Assembly (NCBI GenBank): GCA_965228855.1
Contig: CBDDIJ010000003.1
Location: 64,001-128,000 of the forward strand
Direction of reading: 5' to 3'
Source of the DNA: Candidatus Obscuribacterales bacterium
Lineage (GTDB): Bacteria; Cyanobacteriota; Vampirovibrionia; Obscuribacterales; Obscuribacteraceae
DNA: 64,000 bases
Numbering within the stretch: the stretch's first letter is position 1; every line of letters starts with the position of its first letter. Made by a program: the position numbers and the translations under genes. Below are positions 28,701 through 37,143 of the stretch, in pieces. The notes under the pieces are model-generated. The model had not been told where the DNA came from. It made no database searches and saw only the letters and a list, made by a program, of their open reading frames with translations.

Positions 28701-31287
28701 TTCAGTCTCTCCAGCTCCGGACGAACATCCGAGTGCTTCAGCACCTCCTTATGGATCAGGCTCCACGACGATTCCGGTCGGCAGCAGACCTGCTCCGGGC
28801 AGTAGTCATCCAAGAAGCAGCGCCGAGGGGCCTGTAGTCAATCCTCCTACCGGCGGAATCCATCCGCGAGCCAGCGCTCCGGAAGGTCCTGCAAGCAGCC
28901 CGATGATCGGCGGAAGCCATCCTCGAAGTGGTGCTCCTGAGGGGCCAGTAGCATCCCATCCGACGGGTGCAACCACACCTCCATCCCAGCCGATTCCGAG
29001 TTCGAGTCCGGCATCAGCCTCGTCTCCTGTGACGCATGGCAAGCCTGTTCCGCATCAACCCGGGGGTACCCATAAGCGCGAAGCCGCAGAGGGTCAGGTC
29101 GGTAGTGTCCCTGGAACTGAACCCATATCCAGTCCCACTGCTCCTGGACCGATCGCTGCAGCACCACATTCGTCCGCCCCTGGACCCGGTTCCACACATG
29201 GAGCCCCAGGTGCTCATCAGACCTCAGGCAGCCATCAGGCTGCTGGCGGGCAGACTCATCAACGGTCAGCACAGGACGGTTCGTCTCCGACTGTCGGCTC
29301 ATTGCCGCAGCCATCGACTGCCGCTCCTCATGATGCTGGCTACGTGCCGGGTGGTGGTGTCAGCAGCGGCTCTCCATCAGCTCCAACGCCGATGCCGACT
29401 TCTGGACCAATCCATACAAGTGGAAGTCAGTCACACAAACGTGCGGCTGCGGACGGACATGTCGCCACTCCGGGACATAGTGCGCCGCATGCGAGTGCGC
29501 CGGGTGATAGCCATCAGTCAGCTTCGCATCAGTCGAGTACTCCTGTTGTAGGCTCTTCACAGCCCATGCCGAGTGCGCCAGGACATTCTGTTGGACCTGC
29601 TCCGACAGTAGGCCAGGCTCATTCCAGGACTGCTGGTGATGGACCTGCAGATTCGATGCCTAAACCGACCACCGCGTCGCATTCTGATCCTTCATATACG
29701 CCTACTCCGTCGCATCCGCGCGAGTCAGGTGGAAGTGATGAAATCGTCGCTGGTGGTAGCGGAAGCTCCTCAGCATATGGAAGCCAGGGCTTCACAGCTC
29801 CAGCTCCATCGCAGACCTCAGCATCATCGACTCCGAGCCACACTTCTAGTCACAGTCCGAACCCAGTGGTTTCTCGTGATTCGTCCGGAGGACCTGCCCA
29901 TAGCGTGACACCAGGTCACGTCGAGCAGGGTGGTACCGGCAGCGGTGCTAATCAGTCGGCTGGTGGAACCTCTTCCGTGAGCCCTCCATCAGGAAACCAG
30001 CCTGGAATCGGCAACGTGTCTGCAACTTCGGGTGGACATCCGCAGTCCACTGGTGGCTCTGGCGGTGACGTGCCCGCGCCGACCCATACATCACCATCGG
30101 ATCCGTCCTACAATCCAGTAGCGTCGCGCGATTCATCAGGTGGTTATGAAGTCGCAAGCGGTCATGGTGGCATCGCACCTTCTGCATCGACACCGGGTGT
30201 TTCACCTCAGCCGAGTCAGAGTGCCCACTCTTACACGAGCGGATTTTCACATCCAGCCACTCCAGCCGATTCTACATCTGCTCCCAGATCTGGCGGATCG
30301 CAAGACCAGGCGCACAGCCCGACGACTCAACGTGACGCCGTAGCTGGTTATGAGGTCGGCACTGCATCCAGCGGTGGCTCAGTTACTCCGCAGGTCGGAC
30401 CTGGTAGTGTTCAAACCAACAGCGCAACACCTGGTAGTGCTGCTCACTCCGGCAGCTCTAGCTCGCCGACTGGTAGTTCTTCGCCATCTGGTGGCATACC
30501 GGCTCAGCCCGGAGGCACCCAGTACAGCGAGAATCTGTTTAGTCACTCAGCTACGCAAGAGTATCTGCAGTCGACTCAGCAGTACACGAGCAGTGATCCG
30601 GGGGCGGCAGGTTCTGACCGACCGTATGGTTCCGAACCTGCCCAGCGATTCGACCGCGGTGTCACCGAATCTGGTGCCCAGCCTAACTTCAATGGCTCAT
30701 CAGATTTGATGCCGCAGCCGTCCTCGTCTCCGCAAAACGCTCATCCCGGCAGCGGCGGTATGTCATCTCATGACACACCGGCACCACCCGGACACCTGTC
30801 CGCTGATCGCCAGGCGACTTATGGTGATAATCAGGAAATGACTCTCCGTAATGAGACGGTCGCGTTTATGCAGGACAAAGCGCACGATGCTGAGGCGAAG
30901 AATCGAGCGGACCTCGAAACTATGAGTCGCGATGTTCATGATGCCCAACCAAGAACTCCTGGTGTCGCTCCTGGATACGTCCAGGTCAACAACACGAATT
31001 CTCCAGTTGTGCAAAAGGACACGCCATCTCAACCACCTAAAGCTGACCTCGCGAAGAAGGCACAGGATGAGAAGACTGTTATAGTGCAGGCTCAGCAAGC
31101 CAAGCCGCCGGAACGCAAGTCGACCCAAGATCTAGAGCCTCAAAGAGGCGGACTTGATCGCGGCAAGAAGAAAAAGAAGGGTCAGAAAGGCAACAGTTTC
31201 CTCAACGCACTTGGAAGAGCTAACTCTCCCCAAGCGAGTGAAGGAGACGAGGACGACGACGAGAACGCCGACAAGTCCGAGGAATAA
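25720..31287 (+). CDS. TrbL/VirB6-like membrane protein (paralog 2) with ~1350-aa Pro/Ser/Gly/His-rich tail
   Basis: Membrane core is clearly homologous to the upstream gene. The 5.5-kb frame is uninterrupted. Start could be ATG 25738. Confidence 0.6.
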   Translation: MGVGQKMSNLKKFIRIGAASLTVLVSLLISSAPSLAVPYGPNMWNMQQGALRGNGPQGSDNVCAPYVDSSLGGSFDANGQPVSGPFPGTLGKTGFVGNAAAQGDANKSLQAMPKQIVDAEKQATTRHRGDAVSGELTGAANGVALSEQVGQAAALAGRTLQNAQAGQAQAAGAATEAADVAGEIGHEMAVTAISYTSTFLHNFTVEGGNRWNQIRDNIFVPMGVLLLLPGAVLSQVRAIMAAGNPVLGQVNPFDGILRSIVAVFLIPGTYLVCNYGIDLSNSITHSIADEYTRLFGSDMYRDAICHEIKAMPWRLPEENRNTIDIPVSSMGVILLGNYTPFAQLEADLIAVKIYDPCAGIYIVPPDRANEAVPAAVMAARLMANSSNASLTTSWSILCAFQLAYLYYLWCVGPVVAGLWVWPMKHLRDALPNWVEGVLTVCFWALFWNTIVLLIACFRGVDETGTIIMLALNTLANLTVKFAFDFAGLVRAAGGEAMKLGEKMAQAVQKAGGGGKGGGGGGGGGGGGDDKNNGPGNNPGNNPGNNPGNNPGPAPSQPVLNAAATPVAAPAATPGETRNNTVVGAPLGGQNPTDRGVGPEGQPPKPPSEVTSSPPMANQAPTGTTLPPGEQPSQPGADKATGDVRSAAAEGQAQLTASDAPVVIAAAAKADGGAKPGAKPGTSPGEGGEDAIKEAAKKKAELDVTAAAEGSKKKDAKTRALASATEAPPSDSPVNPPDSVPEARVPASPAPSQTVITSSPPGESTPPATPPAEPGSRISLARSAAPAEAGPLVISAGGHTPQSPGLQASHASQPQAHSRDVAEGQQVVALGSGAPTPPAGHGTPIGTPPAGPVAHSRDTTGGVVGPVHTGTPPAGTVPEGTAEKPAGANPPGSSVHQRDAHGGVVGSVPSGKPPAGPSPATTTEAPVGGHPPGAPVHNRDAHAGAVGPVVSGSAPAHPAEGAHPKTVTPPAAPLTGGEHKRDMHGGSVGPLGGAASVSPAPDEHPSASAPPYGSGSTTIPVGSRPAPGSSHPRSSAEGPVVNPPTGGIHPRASAPEGPASSPMIGGSHPRSGAPEGPVASHPTGATTPPSQPIPSSSPASASSPVTHGKPVPHQPGGTHKREAAEGQVGSVPGTEPISSPTAPGPIAAAPHSSAPGPGSTHGAPGAHQTSGSHQAAGGQTHQRSAQDGSSPTVGSLPQPSTAAPHDAGYVPGGGVSSGSPSAPTPMPTSGPIHTSGSQSHKRAAADGHVATPGHSAPHASAPGDSHQSASHQSSTPVVGSSQPMPSAPGHSVGPAPTVGQAHSRTAGDGPADSMPKPTTASHSDPSYTPTPSHPRESGGSDEIVAGGSGSSSAYGSQGFTAPAPSQTSASSTPSHTSSHSPNPVVSRDSSGGPAHSVTPGHVEQGGTGSGANQSAGGTSSVSPPSGNQPGIGNVSATSGGHPQSTGGSGGDVPAPTHTSPSDPSYNPVASRDSSGGYEVASGHGGIAPSASTPGVSPQPSQSAHSYTSGFSHPATPADSTSAPRSGGSQDQAHSPTTQRDAVAGYEVGTASSGGSVTPQVGPGSVQTNSATPGSAAHSGSSSSPTGSSSPSGGIPAQPGGTQYSENLFSHSATQEYLQSTQQYTSSDPGAAGSDRPYGSEPAQRFDRGVTESGAQPNFNGSSDLMPQPSSSPQNAHPGSGGMSSHDTPAPPGHLSADRQATYGDNQEMTLRNETVAFMQDKAHDAEAKNRADLETMSRDVHDAQPRTPGVAPGYVQVNNTNSPVVQKDTPSQPPKADLAKKAQDEKTVIVQAQQAKPPERKSTQDLEPQRGGLDRGKKKKKGQKGNSFLNALGRANSPQASEGDEDDDENADKSEE
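27319..27372 (+). repeat. 12-nt tandem repeat encoding (PGNN)4
   Basis: cctggtaacaat cctggaaacaat cctggaaataat ccgggaaataat cctgga, following a poly-Gly run. Confidence 0.9.
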
Positions 31288-31293
31288 AAACTG

Positions 31294-31326
31294 ACGGCGG
31301 ATCCAAATCGGGTCCGCCGTTTCATT
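31294..31326 (+). terminator. Terminator-like hairpin
   Basis: ACGGCGGATCC-aaatc-GGGTCCGCCGT followed by ttcatt. Confidence 0.65.
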
Positions 31327-31469
31327 CTCTGCATAGAGTCATTCTCCCGGCGGCATCAAAATTCTTGCAATTGATACGTGGCAGGATAGCCGTCTGCTCA
31401 TTCCGCATGAGGCATGACTCGGTCAACAGTTCCATACCGCAGAGCACGAAGATTCTCTGCTGAGAGGTG

Positions 31470-32942
31470 TTAAGGACCGAGGGCTTTTAATTTTGCTTCA
31501 ATCGGTTTCAGTTCCACAGCATTATTTGAAGCGCGTAGCACCGTCGCGTAATTGGTCAGCACCTGTCGCAAGACCGTACGATTCTCGCCTTTCTCGACTA
31601 GAGGTAATGCTTTCTTGAAGTTCAACGAGGCCAATGAGAAGTTGTAGGTCATCGCAGCAATTGAACCGAGATTTGCATAAAAGCTACCGAGGTTTGATGC
31701 TACTGCCTTGTTGGAGGGGTCCAGCTTCAGAGCCTCGGTCCATTTTGCCTCTGCAACTTTAAGCTGTTGCTGTTGTAGCGCCTTTGCTGCTTCCAGGTTC
31801 AGTTTCAACGCGCGGACCTTCGGATTATTCGGGTCACCTTGAATCACTACCTGGGAGGTATCAAGCTGACCTAAACTCTCCTGGTCATAGAGCGCCTTCA
31901 ACGTATTTATGTCGCGAGCTGTAAGGTCTGTTTTTTTATCTTCTAGAAAAACCGTATGGTACATAACATCATTCGGATTATCGCTATGCCCGCCCAGACC
32001 GAGAGCGTGACCGGCTTCATGTAGTGCGACCCTGCGAAGATAATTCAAACCGAGAACCTTCATGTCGCCTCTCGGAGAAACGAGAATCTTCACATCGGCA
32101 TGAACTTCGTTGCTGTTTATATCCTGCTGGATGATGGTGTTCCCGCCCTCTTTGTTGCTCGCGAGATCGGAAACCTTGTCCGTAAACGTGCAACTTATCT
32201 GTGCGTTCGCGGGCGAGTCTACAAATCGAAACTGAATCTTGGGAACATTAGCGGACCAGTCCTTGAAGGCGTTTACCACCGTATTCGGGAAAGTGGGTTG
32301 AAAGCCATTCGCAGAGGAGGTTTTCTCCACGTATACAGTGACAGGTTGAGCACTAACGTCGGCCCATCTCGACCTGTTTCGGATTTCTGCGTAAAAATTG
32401 TCACCGACTGCCGCCGCAGTTTGCGTGTTTTTCGAACTGAAATTTTGATTTTGAGTGGAACTTGGAGCTGCGGTCGGAACCGACTTTTCGATTGTGATCC
32501 CTGGTGTGAAAGATTCACCTCCAGACGGATCCATCAGTTTAAATGTGGCACTGCCAGCGGTGTCCTGTCGTGGTGTGCTTGAACGCTCTGGTGGACTGTC
32601 GGCGTTAGAGGCACTACCAGCAGTGCTGTTCTGAAACGATTCCGGAGTCGAATTCTGTGGTGTGGTGCCTGAAGTTGGAGGTGCGATCTCTGATTCGGGT
32701 GGGCCATCCGGTGTATCCGAAGTATCCAAGCCGCTGCCGCTTGGACCGACTTCCTTTTGCAGCTGGTCCATCATATTGGACAAACCTGAGTTCCAATTGC
32801 CACCGGCGCTGCCGGCTGCTGGCTTCTTCGCGCCTGCTGAAACTGGTTTGTGAAGCGGCTTCTTGGATGGCGCTGCGAAAACGGCGAGTGACTGCGAGCC
32901 TAACAGGAGCAAAGTTACGCTTGCCGCAAAACTGATTTTCAT
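31470..32942 (-). CDS. Exported matrixin-like (M10) zinc metalloprotease with C-terminal TPR
   Basis: HEAGHALGLGGH zinc motif, Met-turn DVMY, signal peptide MKISFAAS. Confidence 0.88.
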   Translation of the reverse strand: MKISFAASVTLLLLGSQSLAVFAAPSKKPLHKPVSAGAKKPAAGSAGGNWNSGLSNMMDQLQKEVGPSGSGLDTSDTPDGPPESEIAPPTSGTTPQNSTPESFQNSTAGSASNADSPPERSSTPRQDTAGSATFKLMDPSGGESFTPGITIEKSVPTAAPSSTQNQNFSSKNTQTAAAVGDNFYAEIRNRSRWADVSAQPVTVYVEKTSSANGFQPTFPNTVVNAFKDWSANVPKIQFRFVDSPANAQISCTFTDKVSDLASNKEGGNTIIQQDINSNEVHADVKILVSPRGDMKVLGLNYLRRVALHEAGHALGLGGHSDNPNDVMYHTVFLEDKKTDLTARDINTLKALYDQESLGQLDTSQVVIQGDPNNPKVRALKLNLEAAKALQQQQLKVAEAKWTEALKLDPSNKAVASNLGSFYANLGSIAAMTYNFSLASLNFKKALPLVEKGENRTVLRQVLTNYATVLRASNNAVELKPIEAKLKALGP

Positions 32943-33282
32943 ATAAAGCTGTTTAGTGAGACAACTGAGACGGATGCACCCAAGGCGCATCATAGTTGGC
33001 TTTCGGATGATTATTAATCCAGTTTGGCGACGTGGCAATTAGAATGCCTAGCAAAACCGTTATCCATACCGTGCGATATGTGACTGGAAGACTCGTCATA
33101 ACAGAGCTCCTTGATAGTTCGCGTGCCAAATTGCCGCTCACTATTCACCTTCCCGATGGGCGCTTGTATCAAACTCCTTGGGATCTCTACATCCTATAAA
33201 TAGCGCGGTTTGAGCCTATCGTTCGGTCACTGCAACAAGCGCGAATGGTTTTCAACATTATTTATTCATTCATCCAGCTCGC

Positions 33283-33324
33283 CCTTCCTTCCTTCCTTCC
33301 TTCCTTCCTTCCGTTCGTTCGTTC
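33283..33324. repeat. Tetranucleotide microsatellite (CCTT)7 + CC + (GTTC)3
   Basis: Read directly from the sequence. Confidence 0.95.
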
Positions 33325-33430
33325 ACGCTTTCATTAATTCGCTGGTAAATATCTCTACAAAGACGTACGGGACCGCTCACACGATCCCGCACCCACTCGC
33401 TGCTCACTAAAAAAATCAGTCAAGTAACTT

Positions 33431-34057
33431 CTAGTTGAGAAGTTTTCCGTATGCATCCTGATGGGTCAGATTCCCTGATGCGGTCTGGGTTGCTGTCGGA
33501 TAGTCCGCGTAGATCTTGGCTTGCGTCTCTCTGGACATCAGCTGACCATTTACGTTTTCCGATGCGCCTGGTCTCTTGTATGCAATTTTTGCTGAGACGT
33601 CGCGGGAGCTTCTCGAAGGCGAAAGTGACTTAGCGACCGCGGTTCGGGGTAAGATGTCGCATGCCGGATTGTGCGGCAGAGCGGCTCTTTGTGGTTTCAG
33701 GTAGTGAAACTCTTTTCTTTGTACAGGGGCGGCTGAGGTAGCTTGCACTTTCGTTCTTTGAGAAGGGGTTGCTTGCACCATGGAGGTGACAGGCGACCAG
33801 TAAAAATGTTTGAGTCCGGCGTTGCCTTTGACCAGACCAGTTTCCCAGCCGGCGTTTGTTTTTGCGCCGATGGTGTAACGGATGCCAGGTCTCATTTGAT
33901 TGCGGACACTTTCGGGCAGGTTATTGAGCATTTGTTGCTCTTCGCTCACTTGCGGCGCAGCCTTCGCTGCTGGAATTTCTTGAGCTTGTGCTGCGTTAGT
34001 AAGAATCAGGCTGGAAACGGCGACTAAAGCTGCATGTAAGAAAGTCTTGAGTTGCAT
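33431..34057 (-). CDS. Hypothetical secreted protein
   Basis: Signal peptide ending AAQA; GGGAAG RBS upstream. Confidence 0.75.
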   Translation of the reverse strand: MQLKTFLHAALVAVSSLILTNAAQAQEIPAAKAAPQVSEEQQMLNNLPESVRNQMRPGIRYTIGAKTNAGWETGLVKGNAGLKHFYWSPVTSMVQATPSQRTKVQATSAAPVQRKEFHYLKPQRAALPHNPACDILPRTAVAKSLSPSRSSRDVSAKIAYKRPGASENVNGQLMSRETQAKIYADYPTATQTASGNLTHQDAYGKLLN

Positions 34058-34156
34058 AAATAGCTTCCCTCTTTCGGAAATAAGAACGGCGGTAAGGACC
34101 GAGGGGGATTTCTGGCTGTTGGTAAGGGGTTGTTGCCAAGAATCAAGATGGCTCTA

Positions 34157-34480
34157 ATTTACGGGGAATTTGTACCTTTTTGGTACCCAGATCGGGGGTC
34201 AAGATTAAATCGCTCCCGATGACTACAGTTTAGCCCAGTCGACGTCAGCGGAACGTGACATAAGAAAGGTAAGGCGCACCTCTTAGGGTCAGTTCCCCTG
34301 TTAAGGGACACATTTTGTTGGCTTTTCGGGCTCGAAACGAGAGCGAAAGTCCCGAAAGAGTGGCTAGATGACTCTTTCGACAAATCCCCTATTAGGGGAA
34401 CCTCTCCTAAGAGGCGTGCGGCTGATCTGTTTAGCCTTGAGCAAACCTTCGTAAATCGAAATCTGGAGCAAAGACCCCGA
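34157..34480 (+). ncRNA. Candidate large structured RNA, family unknown
   Basis: Long nested helices (see findings). GU pairs and a GAAA loop favour the + strand. Confidence 0.4.
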
Positions 34481-34653
34481 CACGACGAAAAATGCCTGAG
34501 CCTGCGCCTGATAAAGTGTCCCGAAACGTTGGCCTGAGTGGCACAATATCGCTTGCAGGGAAGAATAACTATAGGTTTGAGCTCAATATGATTGATGCTC
34601 GCTAAATCTATAGTAGATTATTCTCTTCAAGGGATAACGGACCTCTACATTCG

Positions 34654-35325
34654 ATGGCAAAAATTCTGCTTGTTGAAGACGATAAGAACCTGGCAGGTAC
34701 TGTTCAGGAGTGGCTAGAGTTCGAGCATTATTTGGTCGAATGGGTGGAAACCGGCATCGACGCCCTCGACATGATGAAATCATATAAGTATGACGTCGTG
34801 GTTCTCGACCTTACTATTCCTAAAATGGATGGCATCGAGGTTTGCAAGCATTATCGCGCTCAAGGCGGTCAATCGCCCATTCTTATATTGACTGGTCGTG
34901 GAACCGTTCCCGATAAAGAAGTTGGATTTGACGCCGGCGCTGACGACTATTTGACGAAACCTTTTCATTTAAAGGAACTGTCGGCGCGCATTCGCGCATT
35001 GCTCCGCCGTCCTTCTACAATGTCCGGAGAAGTTCTTGAAGCTGGTGATCTGGCACTCGATATCGTCTCGCACAGAGTCACCAAGGGCGGTGAGGAAATT
35101 CACTTGCCACGAATGGAATTCGCGCTTCTAGAGTTTCTAATGCGTCATAAAGGTCAAGTGTTCAGTGCAGAGGCGCTTCTAGACCGCGTCTGGACCGCCG
35201 ATTCAGAGAAATCGCCAGAGACAATCCGAACCTCGGTGAAAAAGCTGCGCAGCAAAATCGACACCAAAGGTCAGCAATCGCTGATCAAAAACGTTCATGG
35301 TGTCGGCTACAAATTAGAAGAGTAG
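34654..35325 (+). CDS. OmpR/PhoB-family response regulator (orphan)
   Basis: KILLVEDD, VLD, GADDYLTKPF, HGVGYKL. Confidence 0.95.
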   Translation: MAKILLVEDDKNLAGTVQEWLEFEHYLVEWVETGIDALDMMKSYKYDVVVLDLTIPKMDGIEVCKHYRAQGGQSPILILTGRGTVPDKEVGFDAGADDYLTKPFHLKELSARIRALLRRPSTMSGEVLEAGDLALDIVSHRVTKGGEEIHLPRMEFALLEFLMRHKGQVFSAEALLDRVWTADSEKSPETIRTSVKKLRSKIDTKGQQSLIKNVHGVGYKLEE

Positions 35326-35643
35326 TTCCGCCCTTTTTAAGTTGCTCGCGTCTTCTGCGTAAGCGGCGACCATCTTATATGATGGTTCTAACTGGGAGGA
35401 AACCGGAATGCATCCACGCTATCTTGGCGCTCTGGTTGCACCATCCTGTCGTTGACAATTCAAGACCGGCTGATTGCAGCGTTCTATTCAAGCATTTTTC
35501 GACCAATCAACTATCGATTTGAACTCTGGCAAGTGGGCTTGTGTGTCGGCGTGTACTGTTTTGTTGTCGCCACTTTCACTGGGTGATTAAACCGCGTTCG
35601 ACTACTTTAAAATAATGGCGAAATGCTGGAGTTTTCGAACGCT

Positions 35644-36144
35644 ATGAAAAACGAATGGTCGCTGGCAGACGTGATTCGTCTGATTGACGTGGTTAACAAT
35701 AAGCGGACGGGTAGTTGTGCAGGTTCTCATTCGGAAGAAGCAGCCACCGCGGAACAGCAGTTGAACGAAGCGTTCGGGACAAATAATCTTCTTGCGGTCT
35801 ACGGAACTCTGGCTCCCGGTCGTCAGAACTACCACATCGTGGAACCGCTCGGGGGAGATTGGTCCGAGGGAATTATCGAAGGCAACTTGCAACAAACGGG
35901 ATGGGGCGCGACTCTCGGTTATCCCGCTTTCCGTCCGCAATCAGGCGGTCCTGTTCACAAGATTAAACTTCTGAAGTCTCGCGCCCTTGCATCAGGATGG
36001 CAGCATGTCGATGACTTCGAAGGACCCGAGTATCAGAGGATTCTGGTCCCCGTGTTCCGTGTTGAACTGGAAACGAGCGAGAAGGATGCACGTAGGTTGT
36101 TAACCGTTGCCAATTTGTATGCGGCAAAAGATGATGCTCCTTAA
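35644..36144 (+). CDS. Gamma-glutamylcyclotransferase (GGCT/AIG2-like)
   Basis: AVYGTLAPG...NYH, GYPA, DDFEGPEYQR. Confidence 0.82.
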   Translation: MKNEWSLADVIRLIDVVNNKRTGSCAGSHSEEAATAEQQLNEAFGTNNLLAVYGTLAPGRQNYHIVEPLGGDWSEGIIEGNLQQTGWGATLGYPAFRPQSGGPVHKIKLLKSRALASGWQHVDDFEGPEYQRILVPVFRVELETSEKDARRLLTVANLYAAKDDAP

Positions 36145-36209
36145 TTTGCTGCCACTACAGGCGGTGATTAGTTTTTATTTCTGAGCCTTCATCGCTCGAA
36201 TATTCGATT

Positions 36210-36575
36210 TGACAGTATGTCCTGTATATACTGTAGTGGCACTGTCACGCCAATAAACCTTAGTATTTCATTCTTTATATATAATTGAGCACTTTGTGGC
36301 AGTAATGCTGAGGGGAGATTCTGTAACTGTCACGTGAGGCGAGAATCATTGTTTCAATATGGATGCGACCGCGAAGCCTTTATTATGCTGAATTTTAAGC
36401 GATCTGTGGTGTTTTGCTTGAACCGTGACAGTAATTGTATGTGCTGTCAATTTAATGTCAAACTGTAACGGTTTGATATCTCTGGAATTCAAGAACGGGA
36501 GTCTGAAACACAGTCATAGAAAGTGTTTGCGGTGTTTCGGGAGCGGCTGTTGATGGATCTTGACAGCATGACAGT
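36210..36575. promoter_or_regulatory. Cluster of TGACAG/CTGTCA operator-like boxes
   Basis: Seven exact copies at 36210, 36242, 36327, 36426, 36444, 36561 and 36569. Confidence 0.6.
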
Positions 36576-36594
36576 TTTGCTGGACAATGCTGTT

Positions 36595-37143
36595 ATGGTT
36601 GCTGAACGCAAATCATATTCCCTGAACGAGTTAAGTGATGAAGTCGCCCGCCTTCTGAAGGATCGTGGATTGATGAACATCCAACACGATCAGCGCGTTT
36701 CAGCGGCTCCCGATAAGCGAACAATCAGGTATTACACCACCTTAGGTTTGCTCGATCGCCCGAACATTGAGGGGCGGCAAGCCAAGTATGGTGACAGGCA
36801 TGTTATGCAGCTGGTGGCTATCAAAGCCTTGCAGAGCGTAGCGCTGCCGCTTTCCGAAATTCAATCGATGTTGTACGGGCTCACCGAAGACGAGCTTGAC
36901 CACGTCATTGATAACGTTGCTGAGTCTATCCGCGTTAAACAAAAACTGTTCAAGAAGGAAACATTTAAAACAACCCGATGGAGAGAGCTAGTCATAGAGC
37001 CAGGATTGAAGCTGGTAGTCGAGGATGACTGGCAATCTGAAATGGATGAATCTCTCCTGTTCGAGCGGTTGAAGGCTGCTCTGGATTTACTTAAAAAAGC
37101 TGGTTCCGACGGAGGATCCGTTGATGAGAGAGATGACGAATGA
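36595..37143 (+). CDS. MerR-like HTH transcriptional regulator
   Basis: YSLNEL...PDKRTIRYYTTLGLLDRP...YGDRH...IKALQ...LSEI. Start uncertain (36523-36595). Confidence 0.82.
   Translation: MVAERKSYSLNELSDEVARLLKDRGLMNIQHDQRVSAAPDKRTIRYYTTLGLLDRPNIEGRQAKYGDRHVMQLVAIKALQSVALPLSEIQSMLYGLTEDELDHVIDNVAESIRVKQKLFKKETFKTTRWRELVIEPGLKLVVEDDWQSEMDESLLFERLKAALDLLKKAGSDGGSVDERDDE

Noticed and set aside
27319..30350. CRISPR-like array within the large repeat gene
   Set aside because: The repeats are in-frame, conserved at protein level and degenerate at DNA level; no cas genes are present.
33210..33410. 66-aa ORF with FLPS repeats
   Set aside because: A translation by-product of the microsatellite, with no RBS.
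34157..34480. Assignment as tmRNA, RNase P RNA, c-di-AMP riboswitch, raiA motif, group II intron or retron ncRNA
   Set aside because: Only short fragmentary resemblances. There is no tRNA-like 3' end, no P4 pair, no domain V and no reverse transcriptase nearby.
35326..35620. Small gene between the response regulator and GGCT
   Set aside because: Only short frames without a convincing RBS or motifs.
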